This document shows positions 1 through 9,341 of a stretch of DNA of 64,000 bases, piece by piece; the stretch's first letter is position 1; each line of letters starts with the position of its first letter. The notes beneath the pieces are model-generated. The model was not told where the DNA came from and searched no databases. It saw nothing but the letters and a program-made list of their open reading frames with translations. Origin of the DNA: Burkholderiales bacterium (GTDB taxonomy: Bacteria; Pseudomonadota; Gammaproteobacteria; Burkholderiales; Casimicrobiaceae); the NCBI GenBank assembly GCA_038239945.1, contig JBBSEG010000001.1, forward strand, positions 9,836-73,835, given 5' to 3'. Position numbers and translations under genes: made by a program.

Positions 1-1644
1 CGCCGGCGCCGCGCCGAGGAGGCGCTCGCGGCGCGGGAGCGCTTCACCCAGCTCATCACCGACACGATCCCGGCGCGCATCACCTACCTCGACACCGCCG
101 CGCGCATCCAGTTCGGCAACCGCCATTTCGCCGCGTCGTGGAACGCTGATGGAACGGACTTCATCGGCCGCCCCCTCGTGGAGGTCGTGCCGCCCGCCGT
201 CTACGCGCAGATCGCCCCGCACCTGGCGCGGGGCCTCGCCGGCGAGCCGGTGCGTTACGATCTGTCCATCGAGCGTGCGGACGGGGTGCACCACGACATC
301 GTCCATTACGTGCCCGATCGCGATGCGCAGGGCCGCGTGCAGGGCCTCTTCACCATCTCGCAGGACGTGACGGCGCTCAAGCACCTGGAGACCGCGCGGG
401 CCGAGTCCGAGCGCCGCGTGCGGATGATCGCCGACAACGTGCCCGCCGCCATGGCGTACGTGAACCGGCACGAGCGCTACCTGTTCGCGAACGCGGGCTT
501 CGTGGCGAGCTTCGGCTTCCCGCTCGAGGAGCTGATCGGCCGGCGTGCGGCGGACGTGCTTCCGCCGGAGGTCTACGCCACCACCCGGCCGCACATCGAG
601 GCGGTCCTCCGCGGCGAGCGGCAGCGCTTCCAGCGGGTGGTCACGCGGCTCGGCGTCCGCCGCCACGAGCTGGTCGAGTACATCCCCGAGCTCGACGAGC
701 ACGGGGCCGCCACGGGCTTCTTCGCGCTGGTCCACAACATCACCGATCTCCACGACGCCCAGGTGCGCGTCGAGGCGAGCGAGGAGCGCCTGCGCAGCAT
801 TACGGAGAACATCCCGGCGCTGATCTGCTACGTCGATCGCGAGCAGCGCTACCGGTTCAACAGCCGCTACTACGAGGAGTGGCTGGGCCGGCCGCTGGCC
901 GAGATCGTCGACCGCACCGTGCTCGAGGTCTGGGGCGAGGCGACGTACGCCGTGGACGCGCCGTTCATCGCCCGCGCGCTGGCCGGGGAACGCGTCGACT
1001 TCGAGGCGCGGCACACCGATGCGCGCGGCACGCGCTACGTACGCGGGACCTACGTCCCGGACGTCGACGCGAGTGGCCGGGTCGCGGGCTTCTACGGCGC
1101 GACCACCGACGTCACCTCGCTCAAGGAAGTGGAGAAGCAGCTCGAGCGGCTCGCGCAGTTCGACACGCTCACGGGCCTGCCCAACCGCAACCAGTTCAAC
1201 GAGCGCATCGCCGCCGCGCTGGCGCGGATGCATCGCACGGGCCTGGGTGTCGGCGTCCTGTTCCTCGACATCGACGCCTTCAAGCGGATCAACGACACGC
1301 GCGGCCACGCGGCCGGCGACGCCGTGCTCCGCGAGTTCGGGCGCCGGCTGCGCGGCGCGGTGCGCGAGACCGACGTCGTGGCGCGCCTGGCCGGCGACGA
1401 GTTCGTGGTGGTCCTCGAGGGCGTCCGGCAGCGCGACGAGTGCCTGTTCGTGGCGCGCAAGGTCGTCGCCGCCATGCGCCGGCCATTCGCGGCCGACGGG
1501 GCGGATCTGGCCGTCACCACGAGCATCGGCATCGCGCTCACCAACGACCCGTCGCTGTCGGCGGAGAACCTGCTGCAGAAGGCAGACGGCGCGCTGTACT
1601 CCGCGAAGGCCCGCGGCCGCGACCGCTACGAAGTCGCGTCCTGA
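1..1644 (+). CDS. Multi-PAS diguanylate cyclase (5' end outside window)
   Basis: Frame open from base 1 (RRRRAEEALAARERFTQLITDTIPARITYLD...). Three PAS-like repeats (TDTIPARITYLD, ADNVPAAMAYVN, TENIPALICYVD), the DxLTGLPNR motif, and RETD-VVARL-AGDEF (RxxD I-site plus GGDEF variant). Confidence 0.93.
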   Translation, partial: RRRRAEEALAARERFTQLITDTIPARITYLDTAARIQFGNRHFAASWNADGTDFIGRPLVEVVPPAVYAQIAPHLARGLAGEPVRYDLSIERADGVHHDIVHYVPDRDAQGRVQGLFTISQDVTALKHLETARAESERRVRMIADNVPAAMAYVNRHERYLFANAGFVASFGFPLEELIGRRAADVLPPEVYATTRPHIEAVLRGERQRFQRVVTRLGVRRHELVEYIPELDEHGAATGFFALVHNITDLHDAQVRVEASEERLRSITENIPALICYVDREQRYRFNSRYYEEWLGRPLAEIVDRTVLEVWGEATYAVDAPFIARALAGERVDFEARHTDARGTRYVRGTYVPDVDASGRVAGFYGATTDVTSLKEVEKQLERLAQFDTLTGLPNRNQFNERIAAALARMHRTGLGVGVLFLDIDAFKRINDTRGHAAGDAVLREFGRRLRGAVRETDVVARLAGDEFVVVLEGVRQRDECLFVARKVVAAMRRPFAADGADLAVTTSIGIALTNDPSLSAENLLQKADGALYSAKARGRDRYEVAS

Positions 1645-1717
1645 CCGGCCCCTTCCCGTGCACGCCACCGCCCGGTGCCTCCGCTTCGCGCGCGCCGGCG
1701 CGCGGTCGGCCCATGCG

Positions 1718-3352
1718 CTAGCGCGCGACAGCCCGCGGCAGGGTCACGGTCACGGTCACCCCGGGCGGCTCGCCCTGTGAATCGGCGCGCACCGTACCGC
1801 CATGGAACTGCGCGATCAGGCGCGCGATGTACAGGCCGAGCCCCAGGTGCGGCGGCGCGTCGTCGCGATGCGCTTCGGCCGGCCGCAAGCTGACCATCGA
1901 GTCGAACAGCCCGCCCGACATCGCCTCGGGCAGCGGCGGCCCTTCGTTCGATATCGCGAGGCGGATCCGCGCGGGCGCGTCGTCGAGCACCACGCGCACC
2001 GCGCCCGCGGTGCGAAACTCCATCGCATTGGCGACGAGCTTGTCGATCATCTGCGCGCACAGGTCGGGCGCGCCGTCGACATCGATCGAGCGGCCCGGCT
2101 CGGACAGCTCGATCGGCACGCCGGGGTAGGCGAGCCGGTAGCCGTCCACGCAGCCGGACACGACCGCGAGCAGGTCGAAGCGCTCGCGCTCGGCGTCGCG
2201 CAGCGCGCCCTCGAGGCGCGTCGCCTCGGTCATGCGGCGCAGGATCGCGGCCAGGCGCACGAGGCCGCTCCTCGCGCGGTCGAGGTAGATGCGCGCGGCG
2301 TCGGGCAGCGTCGCCTCGTCGAGGTTCTCGAGCGAGCTCTTGACCACCGCCACCGGCGTGCGCAGCTCGTGCGCGAGCCGGCTCGCCATCGCTTCCTGGT
2401 AGGCCGCGTATTCGGCGAGGCGCGCAAGCGCGCTCGCGAAGCTGCGCGACAGGTCGCCGATCTCGTCGGGGGCGGTCGAGCCCTCGAGCGGCGCCCGCGC
2501 GCGGCCTTGCGCGTCGATCGCCGCCTCCGCGTCGTCGCGCAGGCGGCGGATGCGCGCGGTCAGCCGTGACGCGAACAGCGTGAGCCCCAGGGTGCCGACC
2601 AGAAGCACGGCGAGCACGATATTGAACAGGCGCTCGAACGCGCGGTTGCGCTCGGCCAGGACGCGGTTGGTGGTCTCCTCGACGACCACGGCGCCGCGCA
2701 CCTCGTCGCCGATCCAGATGGGATTCGCGGCGGACACGATGACGGCGCGGCCGTCCGCGGTCGTGCGCCGGTCCGTGGTCAGGATGCCCGCGAGCGCCCC
2801 TTCGACGTCGTGACCCCGCAGCGGTCCCTGCGCGGCGGCCTCGTCGGCGAAATCCTCCGTCGGCTGGGTGAGCAGGCGCGCGTACAGCGGATGCAGCAGG
2901 ACATCCTCGAGCGAAGCCAGTCCCCGCGCCACTAGACCCCGCGGCGGCGCAGGCTCCTCGCCCGGCCGCTGCAGCGAGCCGGCGCGAGCGAGCACGACAA
3001 GGCCGCGATCGATCACCCAGATGCGCGCCGTGGTGCGCGACAAGCCGCGCACGATCTGCTCGATCTCGGGCGACGCGGACGGCGGCAGCCGGTCGTCGCC
3101 CGCGGCCTCTTGGGCGCGCTCCTGCGCGAACGTCGCGATGGGGTCGGCCGGCAGCGCGAAGAGGCGCGGCCGCTCGTGCAGCGCGATCGCGACGGCCTGC
3201 GCGGTGCCCGCGAGCGTGCGCTCCTGCGCGTCGCGGAGGAACCGCTCGAGCTCGCGCACGTATTCGTAGCCCAGGAAGGGCAGCGCGAGGAACCCCGACA
3301 GGGCCAGGAACAGCTTGGCGCGAATGCCGATGGCCAAGCGGCGCCGCGTCAC
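1718..3352 (-). CDS. Sensor histidine kinase of the proteobacterial dedicated sortase system (PdsS-like)
   Basis: Two TM segments, HAMP, H-box LAHELRTP, N-box IDKLVANAMEF, G-box HLGLGLYIA. Start placed at GTG 3352 (VTRRRLAIGIRAKLF); it could lie further upstream. Confidence 0.88.
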   Translation of the reverse strand: MTRRRLAIGIRAKLFLALSGFLALPFLGYEYVRELERFLRDAQERTLAGTAQAVAIALHERPRLFALPADPIATFAQERAQEAAGDDRLPPSASPEIEQIVRGLSRTTARIWVIDRGLVVLARAGSLQRPGEEPAPPRGLVARGLASLEDVLLHPLYARLLTQPTEDFADEAAAQGPLRGHDVEGALAGILTTDRRTTADGRAVIVSAANPIWIGDEVRGAVVVEETTNRVLAERNRAFERLFNIVLAVLLVGTLGLTLFASRLTARIRRLRDDAEAAIDAQGRARAPLEGSTAPDEIGDLSRSFASALARLAEYAAYQEAMASRLAHELRTPVAVVKSSLENLDEATLPDAARIYLDRARSGLVRLAAILRRMTEATRLEGALRDAERERFDLLAVVSGCVDGYRLAYPGVPIELSEPGRSIDVDGAPDLCAQMIDKLVANAMEFRTAGAVRVVLDDAPARIRLAISNEGPPLPEAMSGGLFDSMVSLRPAEAHRDDAPPHLGLGLYIARLIAQFHGGTVRADSQGEPPGVTVTVTLPRAVAR

Positions 3353-3355
3353 CGC

Positions 3356-3437
3356 CGGCCCGCTGTCGCCGCGCGGCCCGCTGTCGCCGCGCGGCCCGCT
3401 GCCGCCGCGCGGCCCGCTGTCGCCGCGCGGCCCGCTG
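3356..3437. repeat. 18-bp tandem repeat, 4 full copies plus a partial
   Basis: Unit CGGCCCGCTGTCGCCGCG at 3356, 3374, 3392 (one T>C) and 3410, partial at 3428; lies between the regulator stop and the kinase start. Confidence 0.9.
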
Positions 3438-3467
3438 GCGCCCGGAGCGCAGGCCGGCGCGCGGATC

Positions 3468-4163
3468 TCAGGCGTCGGCGAGCCACCGATAGCCGAGGCC
3501 GTACACCGAGGCAATGCGGTCGAACTGCTCGTCGACCGCTTGGAACTTGCGCCGGATGCGCTTGACGTGCGAGGTGATCGTGCTGTCGTCGACGACGATG
3601 CGGGCCTCGCGCATCAGGCCGTCGCGGTCCTTGACATGGCCGGGGAAGCGCGCGAGCGCGTGCACCATCCAGAACTCCGTGAGCGTGAGGTCCACCGGCC
3701 GGTCCTGCCAGCGCACGGTGAGGCGCTTGAGGTCGAGCGACAGCGCGCCGCGCGTCACCACGTCCTCGACCGCGGCGGGCTGCCCCGACAGGTCGCTGCG
3801 CCGGAACAGCGCCGCGATCCGCGCCGCGAGATGCGGCAGGCTGGTGTCCTTGGTAACGTAGTCGTCGGCGCCCAGGCGCAGCCCGGCGACGATGTCGAAC
3901 TCCGAATCGCGCGCCGACAGGAAGATGATCGGCAGCGTCGGCGACAACGCGCGCAGCGCGCGGCACAGCTCGAAGCCGCCGTCGATGTCGTCCGCCAGCC
4001 CGACGTCGATCAGCGCCAGGTCGGGCAGCCGGGTGCGGAACGCGTCCAGCGCGGCCGCGCGCGTCGCGAACGCCGCGACTTCGTAGCCCTGCCGCGCGAG
4101 CGCATCGGCGACGTTGGCGCGCAGGGCGGGCTCGTCTTCCACGATGGCGATGCGGCGGCTCAC
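3468..4163 (-). CDS. OmpR-family response regulator of the dedicated sortase system (PdsR-like)
   Basis: RIAIVEDEPALRAN receiver, LALIDVGL phospho-Asp, GADDYVTK, winged-helix DSTITSHVKRIRRKF...VYGLGYRW. GTG start at 4163. Confidence 0.92.
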   Translation of the reverse strand: MSRRIAIVEDEPALRANVADALARQGYEVAAFATRAAALDAFRTRLPDLALIDVGLADDIDGGFELCRALRALSPTLPIIFLSARDSEFDIVAGLRLGADDYVTKDTSLPHLAARIAALFRRSDLSGQPAAVEDVVTRGALSLDLKRLTVRWQDRPVDLTLTEFWMVHALARFPGHVKDRDGLMREARIVVDDSTITSHVKRIRRKFQAVDEQFDRIASVYGLGYRWLADA

Positions 4164-4172
4164 GGCGCGGCG

Positions 4173-4178
4173 ACTATA
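4173..4178 (-). promoter_or_regulatory. Putative -10 element (TATAGT) for the response regulator
   Basis: TATAGT on the minus strand, 9 nt before the GTG start. Confidence 0.45.
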
Positions 4179-4415
4179 CCGCACGCCGCGGTGATGAACG
4201 CCGTCCTTCTCGCGCGGGAACGGCGCGTCCTTCGACGACTGCCCGCGGTTTGCCATGGTTCTTCGCCGGATCGCCCGCTTCGGGGCATTCCGCTGCCCGC
4301 ATGCGCGCCCGTAATGCGAACCGGGGCGACGAGAAGCCGGCGGCCGTCGCCCCCCGGGACCACCGGGCCGCCGGCGTAGCCCAGGGGAGCCGGCACGCAC
4401 GCCGGCGGAGGCCAA

Positions 4416-6752
4416 GTGGAGACGATGGCAAGCAGTCGGGAAGCGATGCAGCGCACGACGGACGGGCCTGCGCCTGGCAGCACGCATGGTGGAGCGGTCG
4501 CCCGCATGCCGCCGGGCGCGAGCCGCACGGCACTGCGCGAGCTCGCGCGCCTCGTGATGGAAAGCATGCTGGCGGGCGCCTTCGTCAGCGTTGTGCTGGC
4601 CCTCGCCGTGTTCATCGTCGCCACGCAGGCCGAGGCCGCCCTGCCCGCCGCGGACGTCGAGCAGGGCACGCTCCTGCTGCGCGGCGGAGACGGCGCCCGC
4701 TCGGCCGCACCGCTCCTGGCCACGGACGTGCACATCGACGTCACCGGGATGACCGCGCGGGCCCGCGTCACGCAGCGCTTCGTCAATCCCACGGCGGAGT
4801 GGCGCGAAGGCGTCTACCTGTTCCCGCTGCCGGAGCACGCGGCGGTCGACCACCTCGACATGCGCGTCGGCGGGCGCGTGATCGAGGGGCAGATCAAGGA
4901 GCGGCAGGCGGCGCGCGCAGCCTACGAGGCGGCGAAGCAGGAGGGGCGCAAGGCGAGCCTAATCGAGCAGGAGCGGCCGAACCTGTTCACCACGAGCGTC
5001 GCGCACATCGGTCCGGACGAGGAGATCGTCGTCTCCATCGAATACCAGGAGAAGCTGGCATACGACAACGGCACCTTCCGACTGCGCTTCCCGACGGCCG
5101 TCACGCCGCGCTACGTTCCGGGCACGCCGCTGTCCTCGGGCGCTCCGCCCGGCAGCGTCGGCACGGCGGCGCCGACCGATGCGGTGCCCGATGCGGACCG
5201 CATCACACCGCGCGTCGCCGACCCGGCGGACGGCGCCGTCAATCCGCTCACGCTGACCATCGACCTCGACGCCGGCTTCCCCCTCGCGCGCGTGGCGAGC
5301 GCCTACCACCCAGTGCGCATCGTCGCAGGACCCGGCCACCGCTATCGAGTCATGCTCGCGACCGGCAGCGTGCCGGCGGCGCGCGACTTCGAGCTCGCCT
5401 ACGTCCCCGACGTCGGCGCCGCGCCGGCCGCCGCGCTGTTCACCGAGAACGTCGACGGACGCCGGCATGCGCTCGTGATGGTGCTGCCGCCGACCACGCG
5501 CGACATGGCGGGCGAGCGCGCCCCGCGCGAGGTCACCTACATCGTCGACACGTCTGGATCGATGGAGGGCGTTTCCATCGCTCAGGCGCGGGAAGCCATG
5601 TTGGTCGCGCTCGAGCGGCTCCGCCCGGGCGACCGGTTCAACGTGATCGAGTTCAACTCGACCACGCGGGCGCTCTTCACTGCGCCGGTTCCGCTTGACC
5701 CCGCCACGCTCGACGCGGCGCGCGCGTTCGTGCGCGGCCTGCGGGCGCGCGGCGGCACCGAGATGAAGCCCGCGCTCGAAGCGGCGTTCGCGCCCGCGCG
5801 CCGCGACGACCTGATCCGCCAGGTCGTGTTCATGACGGACGGCGCGGTCGGCAACGAAGGCGATCTCCTCGAGCTGATCGGCCGCCAGCTCGGCGACCGG
5901 CGGCTCTTCACGATCGGCATCGGGCCGGCGCCCAACACCTATTTCATGCGCAAGGCCGCCGAGGCCGGCCGCGGCACGTTCACGTTCATCGGCGACGTGC
6001 GCGAAGTAAAGGAACGGATGACCGCGCTGATCCGGAAGCTCGAAAGCCCGGTGCTGACCGACGTGCGCATCGACTGGCCGACCGCCGTGGAATCGTATCC
6101 GCGCCAGATGCCGGATCTCTACGCCGGCGAGCCGGTGGTGCTGACCGCCGTGTTCCCGCTCGGCGCCGTCGTCGGCGCGGTGCAGATGGCGGGGCGCAGC
6201 GGCGCGCAGTCGTGGCGGGCCAGCCTGCCCCACGACGGCGGGGCGTCGCAGCCCGGGGTCGGCGTGCTGTTCGCGCGCGACAAGATCGAGGCGATCGAGG
6301 ACGCCCGCCGCAACGTCGGATCGGTCGACGACGCCAAACGCGCCACGATCGCCGTCGCGCTCGCGCATCACCTGGTCAGCGCGTACACGAGCCTCGTGGC
6401 CGTCGACGTGACGCCCACCGCACCGGCGGGAATCCTGCCGCTGCGCACAGGAGTGCCGGGCAACCTGCCCGACGGCCTCTCCCATGAGGCGATCACGGGC
6501 CTGCCGCAGACCGCCACCCCGGCCCTGCTCGAGCTCCTCGCCGGCGCGTTGCTCCTTGTCACGGCCTGGCTTGGCCGCCGCCTGCTGCTGGATTCGCGCG
6601 CGGCGGCGCAGCCGCGCGGCGGCGCGGGACGATTCCACGGCGCGGATCCTGGAGCGTTGCGCCGGCTCGCGCCGCCGCCGCAGCGAGCCGTCGACCGCGA
6701 TCGCCTGGCGCGCCTGCACTCGGCGGAGCAGGCCGCGCGGCGCACATGCTGA
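4416..6752 (+). CDS. Sortase target protein (VIT + vWA domains, LPQTAT sorting signal)
   Basis: VIT domain (ARVTQRFVNPTAEWREGVYLFPLPE), vWA MIDAS DTSGS and FMTDG, LPQTAT at 6501-6518 followed by a hydrophobic helix and RR. Confidence 0.92.
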   Translation: METMASSREAMQRTTDGPAPGSTHGGAVARMPPGASRTALRELARLVMESMLAGAFVSVVLALAVFIVATQAEAALPAADVEQGTLLLRGGDGARSAAPLLATDVHIDVTGMTARARVTQRFVNPTAEWREGVYLFPLPEHAAVDHLDMRVGGRVIEGQIKERQAARAAYEAAKQEGRKASLIEQERPNLFTTSVAHIGPDEEIVVSIEYQEKLAYDNGTFRLRFPTAVTPRYVPGTPLSSGAPPGSVGTAAPTDAVPDADRITPRVADPADGAVNPLTLTIDLDAGFPLARVASAYHPVRIVAGPGHRYRVMLATGSVPAARDFELAYVPDVGAAPAAALFTENVDGRRHALVMVLPPTTRDMAGERAPREVTYIVDTSGSMEGVSIAQAREAMLVALERLRPGDRFNVIEFNSTTRALFTAPVPLDPATLDAARAFVRGLRARGGTEMKPALEAAFAPARRDDLIRQVVFMTDGAVGNEGDLLELIGRQLGDRRLFTIGIGPAPNTYFMRKAAEAGRGTFTFIGDVREVKERMTALIRKLESPVLTDVRIDWPTAVESYPRQMPDLYAGEPVVLTAVFPLGAVVGAVQMAGRSGAQSWRASLPHDGGASQPGVGVLFARDKIEAIEDARRNVGSVDDAKRATIAVALAHHLVSAYTSLVAVDVTPTAPAGILPLRTGVPGNLPDGLSHEAITGLPQTATPALLELLAGALLLVTAWLGRRLLLDSRAAAQPRGGAGRFHGADPGALRRLAPPPQRAVDRDRLARLHSAEQAARRTC

Positions 6753-6902
6753 GTCCGACGGCCGCGCCGATGCACGCCGGCGCAGCCGCCGAGCGGGGAG
6801 GACCTTTCGGTCGCGCCGGCGCAGCCGTGGGCGCGGCGCGCGGCACGCGCTCGCCCGGCCGAGTCTTCCCCGGTCGGCGGCCGCGCGCGCTGGCGGCGGG
6901 CC

Positions 6903-7448
6903 GTGATCGCGCTCGTAGCGCTCGCCGGCGCGGCCGCCATGAGCGCGGGCGCGTGGACCTACCTAAAAGCGGGTGCAGGTCAGTGGCTGCTGCGGCGCGC
7001 GTGGGCCGAGACCACGCGCACCGGGCTGCCTGCACGTCCCTGGCCATGGGCCGACACGCACCCGGTTGCGCGGCTGCTCGTGCCGTCCGCCGGAGGCGAC
7101 GTGCTGGTGCTCGCAGGCGCGAGCGGCCGCACGCTGGCGTGGGGACCGGGACATCTCGACGGGTCAGCGCCGCTCGGGGCGGCGGGCAACGCGGTGGTGT
7201 CGGCGCATCGCGACACGCACTTTCGCTTCCTGCGCGATGTCTCTCCGGGCGACGAAGTGCTGCTCGAGCTGGCCGACGGCGCGCGCCGGCGTTACCGCGT
7301 ACGCGAGCGCTACGTCGCCGACGTGCGCACGCTGCGGCTGCCGCGCAGCGCGCCGCTGCCGACGCTCACGCTGGTGACGTGCTGGCCCCTCGATGCGGTG
7401 GTGCCAGGGGGACCGCTGCGTCTGGTAGTGGTGGCGGAGTCGGGCTAG
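6903..7448 (+). CDS. Class GN (proteobacterial) sortase
   Basis: N-terminal anchor; catalytic His in AHRDTHF, TLVTC Cys, downstream Arg (PLRLVV); directly follows the LPQTAT target. Confidence 0.93.
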   Translation: MIALVALAGAAAMSAGAWTYLKAGAGQWLLRRAWAETTRTGLPARPWPWADTHPVARLLVPSAGGDVLVLAGASGRTLAWGPGHLDGSAPLGAAGNAVVSAHRDTHFRFLRDVSPGDEVLLELADGARRRYRVRERYVADVRTLRLPRSAPLPTLTLVTCWPLDAVVPGGPLRLVVVAESG

Positions 7449-7502
7449 GACCGCGGCCGGCGCGGCGCAGCGCGCGGCCCTCGGTCACCGATCAGGAGCC
7501 GA

Positions 7503-7751
7503 TCAGCCGCCGCCGCCCGGACGGGGCGTGGGCAGAGGTCGGAGGATGGGCGTCTCGTCCGGACGGACCGTTTGCACCCGGCTCGTCCCGCTCGGATCCT
7601 TGACCGGCAGGTTGCTGCCGGTGCGATAGATGGGCTCGGCCCGCGCCTCGTCCTTGTCCGCTGTCGGCGTGGCGCATCCGGCGATCAATGCCGCCGCGAG
7701 CGTAGCAAGCGCGAGTCCCGGCACGAACGCGACGCCGGCGGCACGCAACAT
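7503..7751 (-). CDS. Small putative lipoprotein
   Basis: Hydrophobic signal with lipobox IAG-C, YRTGSNLP motif, Pro-rich tail; TAACAT -10-like element at 7795-7800. Confidence 0.65.
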   Translation of the reverse strand: MLRAAGVAFVPGLALATLAAALIAGCATPTADKDEARAEPIYRTGSNLPVKDPSGTSRVQTVRPDETPILRPLPTPRPGGGG

Positions 7752-7829
7752 GCGAATCGTCACGAACATCCCCGTGGGCGAAAAAACAGCGCGCATGTTA
7801 CCGCAGCGCGAAGGCCGCGCGGCGGCCGG

Positions 7830-8030
7830 TCAGCGGATCACGCCGGCGCGCCGCAGCACGGTCGCGCCCGTACCCCATGCGACGGCCGCCACGAACATCG
7901 CGACCACCAGCGCCACCAGCGCGCCGCCCACGCCGCCGAGCTCGAGCCACGCCCGCACGAAATAACCGGCGACGGCGCCCAGTGCGCCGCAGGCGAGGAT
8001 GGCAAGCACGCTGGACAGGATCGATAGCAT
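7830..8030 (-). CDS. Small two-TM membrane protein
   Basis: MLSILSSVLAILACGALGAVAGYF...: two Gly/Ala-rich hydrophobic helices, 66 aa. Confidence 0.65.
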   Translation of the reverse strand: MLSILSSVLAILACGALGAVAGYFVRAWLELGGVGGALVALVVAMFVAAVAWGTGATVLRRAGVIR

Positions 8031-8138
8031 CGGATGGAGGTCGCGCGCGTCCCGTGAGCGAAGGCTGCGCGGTTGCGGGTCGGCGGGTGCACGCAGTATA
8101 AGACCTGTAGAACCACGGCGACCGACCGCCTCCCCGCC

Positions 8139-9341
8139 ATGCCCGACGCATCGTCGCCCATCGAACGCCCCACCGCGCGGCCCGCCGTGCGCGCGCTCTA
8201 CGCGTCGCAGATCCGCGCGGTCGCCGACGCCGGCATGGGCGACCCCGGCGTGCTCCCCTTCTGGTTCGGCGAGCCCGACGTCGTCACGCCGGCATTCATC
8301 CGCGCAACGGCGCAGGCGGCGCTCGAGCGCGGCGCCACGTTCTACACCGAGAATTTCGGCATACCCTCGCTGCGCGAGGCCATCGCGGCGTCGGTCACCG
8401 TCCTGCATGCGCCCATCGGCGCCGCACGCATCGCGGTGACGGCCTCCGGGATGTCGGCGCTCGCGATCGCGATGCAGGCGCTCGTCGGGCACGGCGACCG
8501 CGTGGTGGCGATCACGCCGCTGTGGCCTAACCTGACCGAGATTCCGAAGATCCTGGGTGCGAGCGTGGCCACCGTCTCGCTGACGCCGTCGCCGCAGGGG
8601 TTTGTCCTCGACCTCGACCGCCTGCTCGGCGCGCTCTCGCCGGGGACCCGCGCGCTGGTGATCAACTCGCCCAACAACCCGACCGGCTGGACGATCGACG
8701 CCGCCGCGCAGGCCGCGGTGCTCGCGCACTGCCGTCGCCACGGCATCTGGATCGTCGCCGACGACGTGTACGAGCGCCTCTGGTATGGCGACGCGCGCCC
8801 GGCCGCGCCGTCGGTCCTGTCGCTGTCGAGCGCCGACGCTCGCGTCGTCAGCACCAACAGCTTCTCGAAGGCGTGGGCGATGACCGGCTGGCGGCTCGGC
8901 TGGATCGTCGCGCCCCCGGCGCTGATGGCGGACCTGGGCAAGCTCATCGAATACAACACGTCGTGCTCGCCCGCCTTCGTCCAGGAAGCGGGCGTGGTCG
9001 CGCTGCGCGACGGCGAGGCGTCGGTGGCGGCCCTGCGAGCGCGGATGCGCCACGCGCGCGACGTGCTGGTCGGCGGTCTTGCGCGCCTGCCCGGCGTGTG
9101 GGTGGCCCCGCCGCCGGGAGCGATGTACGCGTTCTTCCGCGTCGACGGCCTCGCCGACTCGGTGGCGTTCTGCACGCGCCTCGTGCGGGAGGCCAGGCTC
9201 GGCCTGGCGCCCGGACGCGCGTTCGGTCCGGAAGGCGAGGGCTGGGTGCGGTGGTGCTTCGCGGCCGACCCGGCGCGACTGGAGGACGGCCTGGCGCGCC
9301 TGCGCGGTTTCCTGGCCGGCCCGGCGCGGCCGCGCGCATGA
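8139..9341 (+). CDS. PLP-dependent aminotransferase class I/II
   Basis: INSPNNPTG, ADDVYERL, SFSKAWAMTGWRLG (PLP Lys), LGLAPGRAFG. Confidence 0.93.
   Translation: MPDASSPIERPTARPAVRALYASQIRAVADAGMGDPGVLPFWFGEPDVVTPAFIRATAQAALERGATFYTENFGIPSLREAIAASVTVLHAPIGAARIAVTASGMSALAIAMQALVGHGDRVVAITPLWPNLTEIPKILGASVATVSLTPSPQGFVLDLDRLLGALSPGTRALVINSPNNPTGWTIDAAAQAAVLAHCRRHGIWIVADDVYERLWYGDARPAAPSVLSLSSADARVVSTNSFSKAWAMTGWRLGWIVAPPALMADLGKLIEYNTSCSPAFVQEAGVVALRDGEASVAALRARMRHARDVLVGGLARLPGVWVAPPPGAMYAFFRVDGLADSVAFCTRLVREARLGLAPGRAFGPEGEGWVRWCFAADPARLEDGLARLRGFLAGPARPRA

Noticed and set aside
1741-1760. GTCACG hexamer repeat (and GCGTCC repeat near 48245)
   Set aside because: Encodes ordinary residues (VTVTVT, ADADAD) inside genes.
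3356-3437. CRISPR array
   Set aside because: Head-to-tail 18-mers with no spacers and no cas genes.
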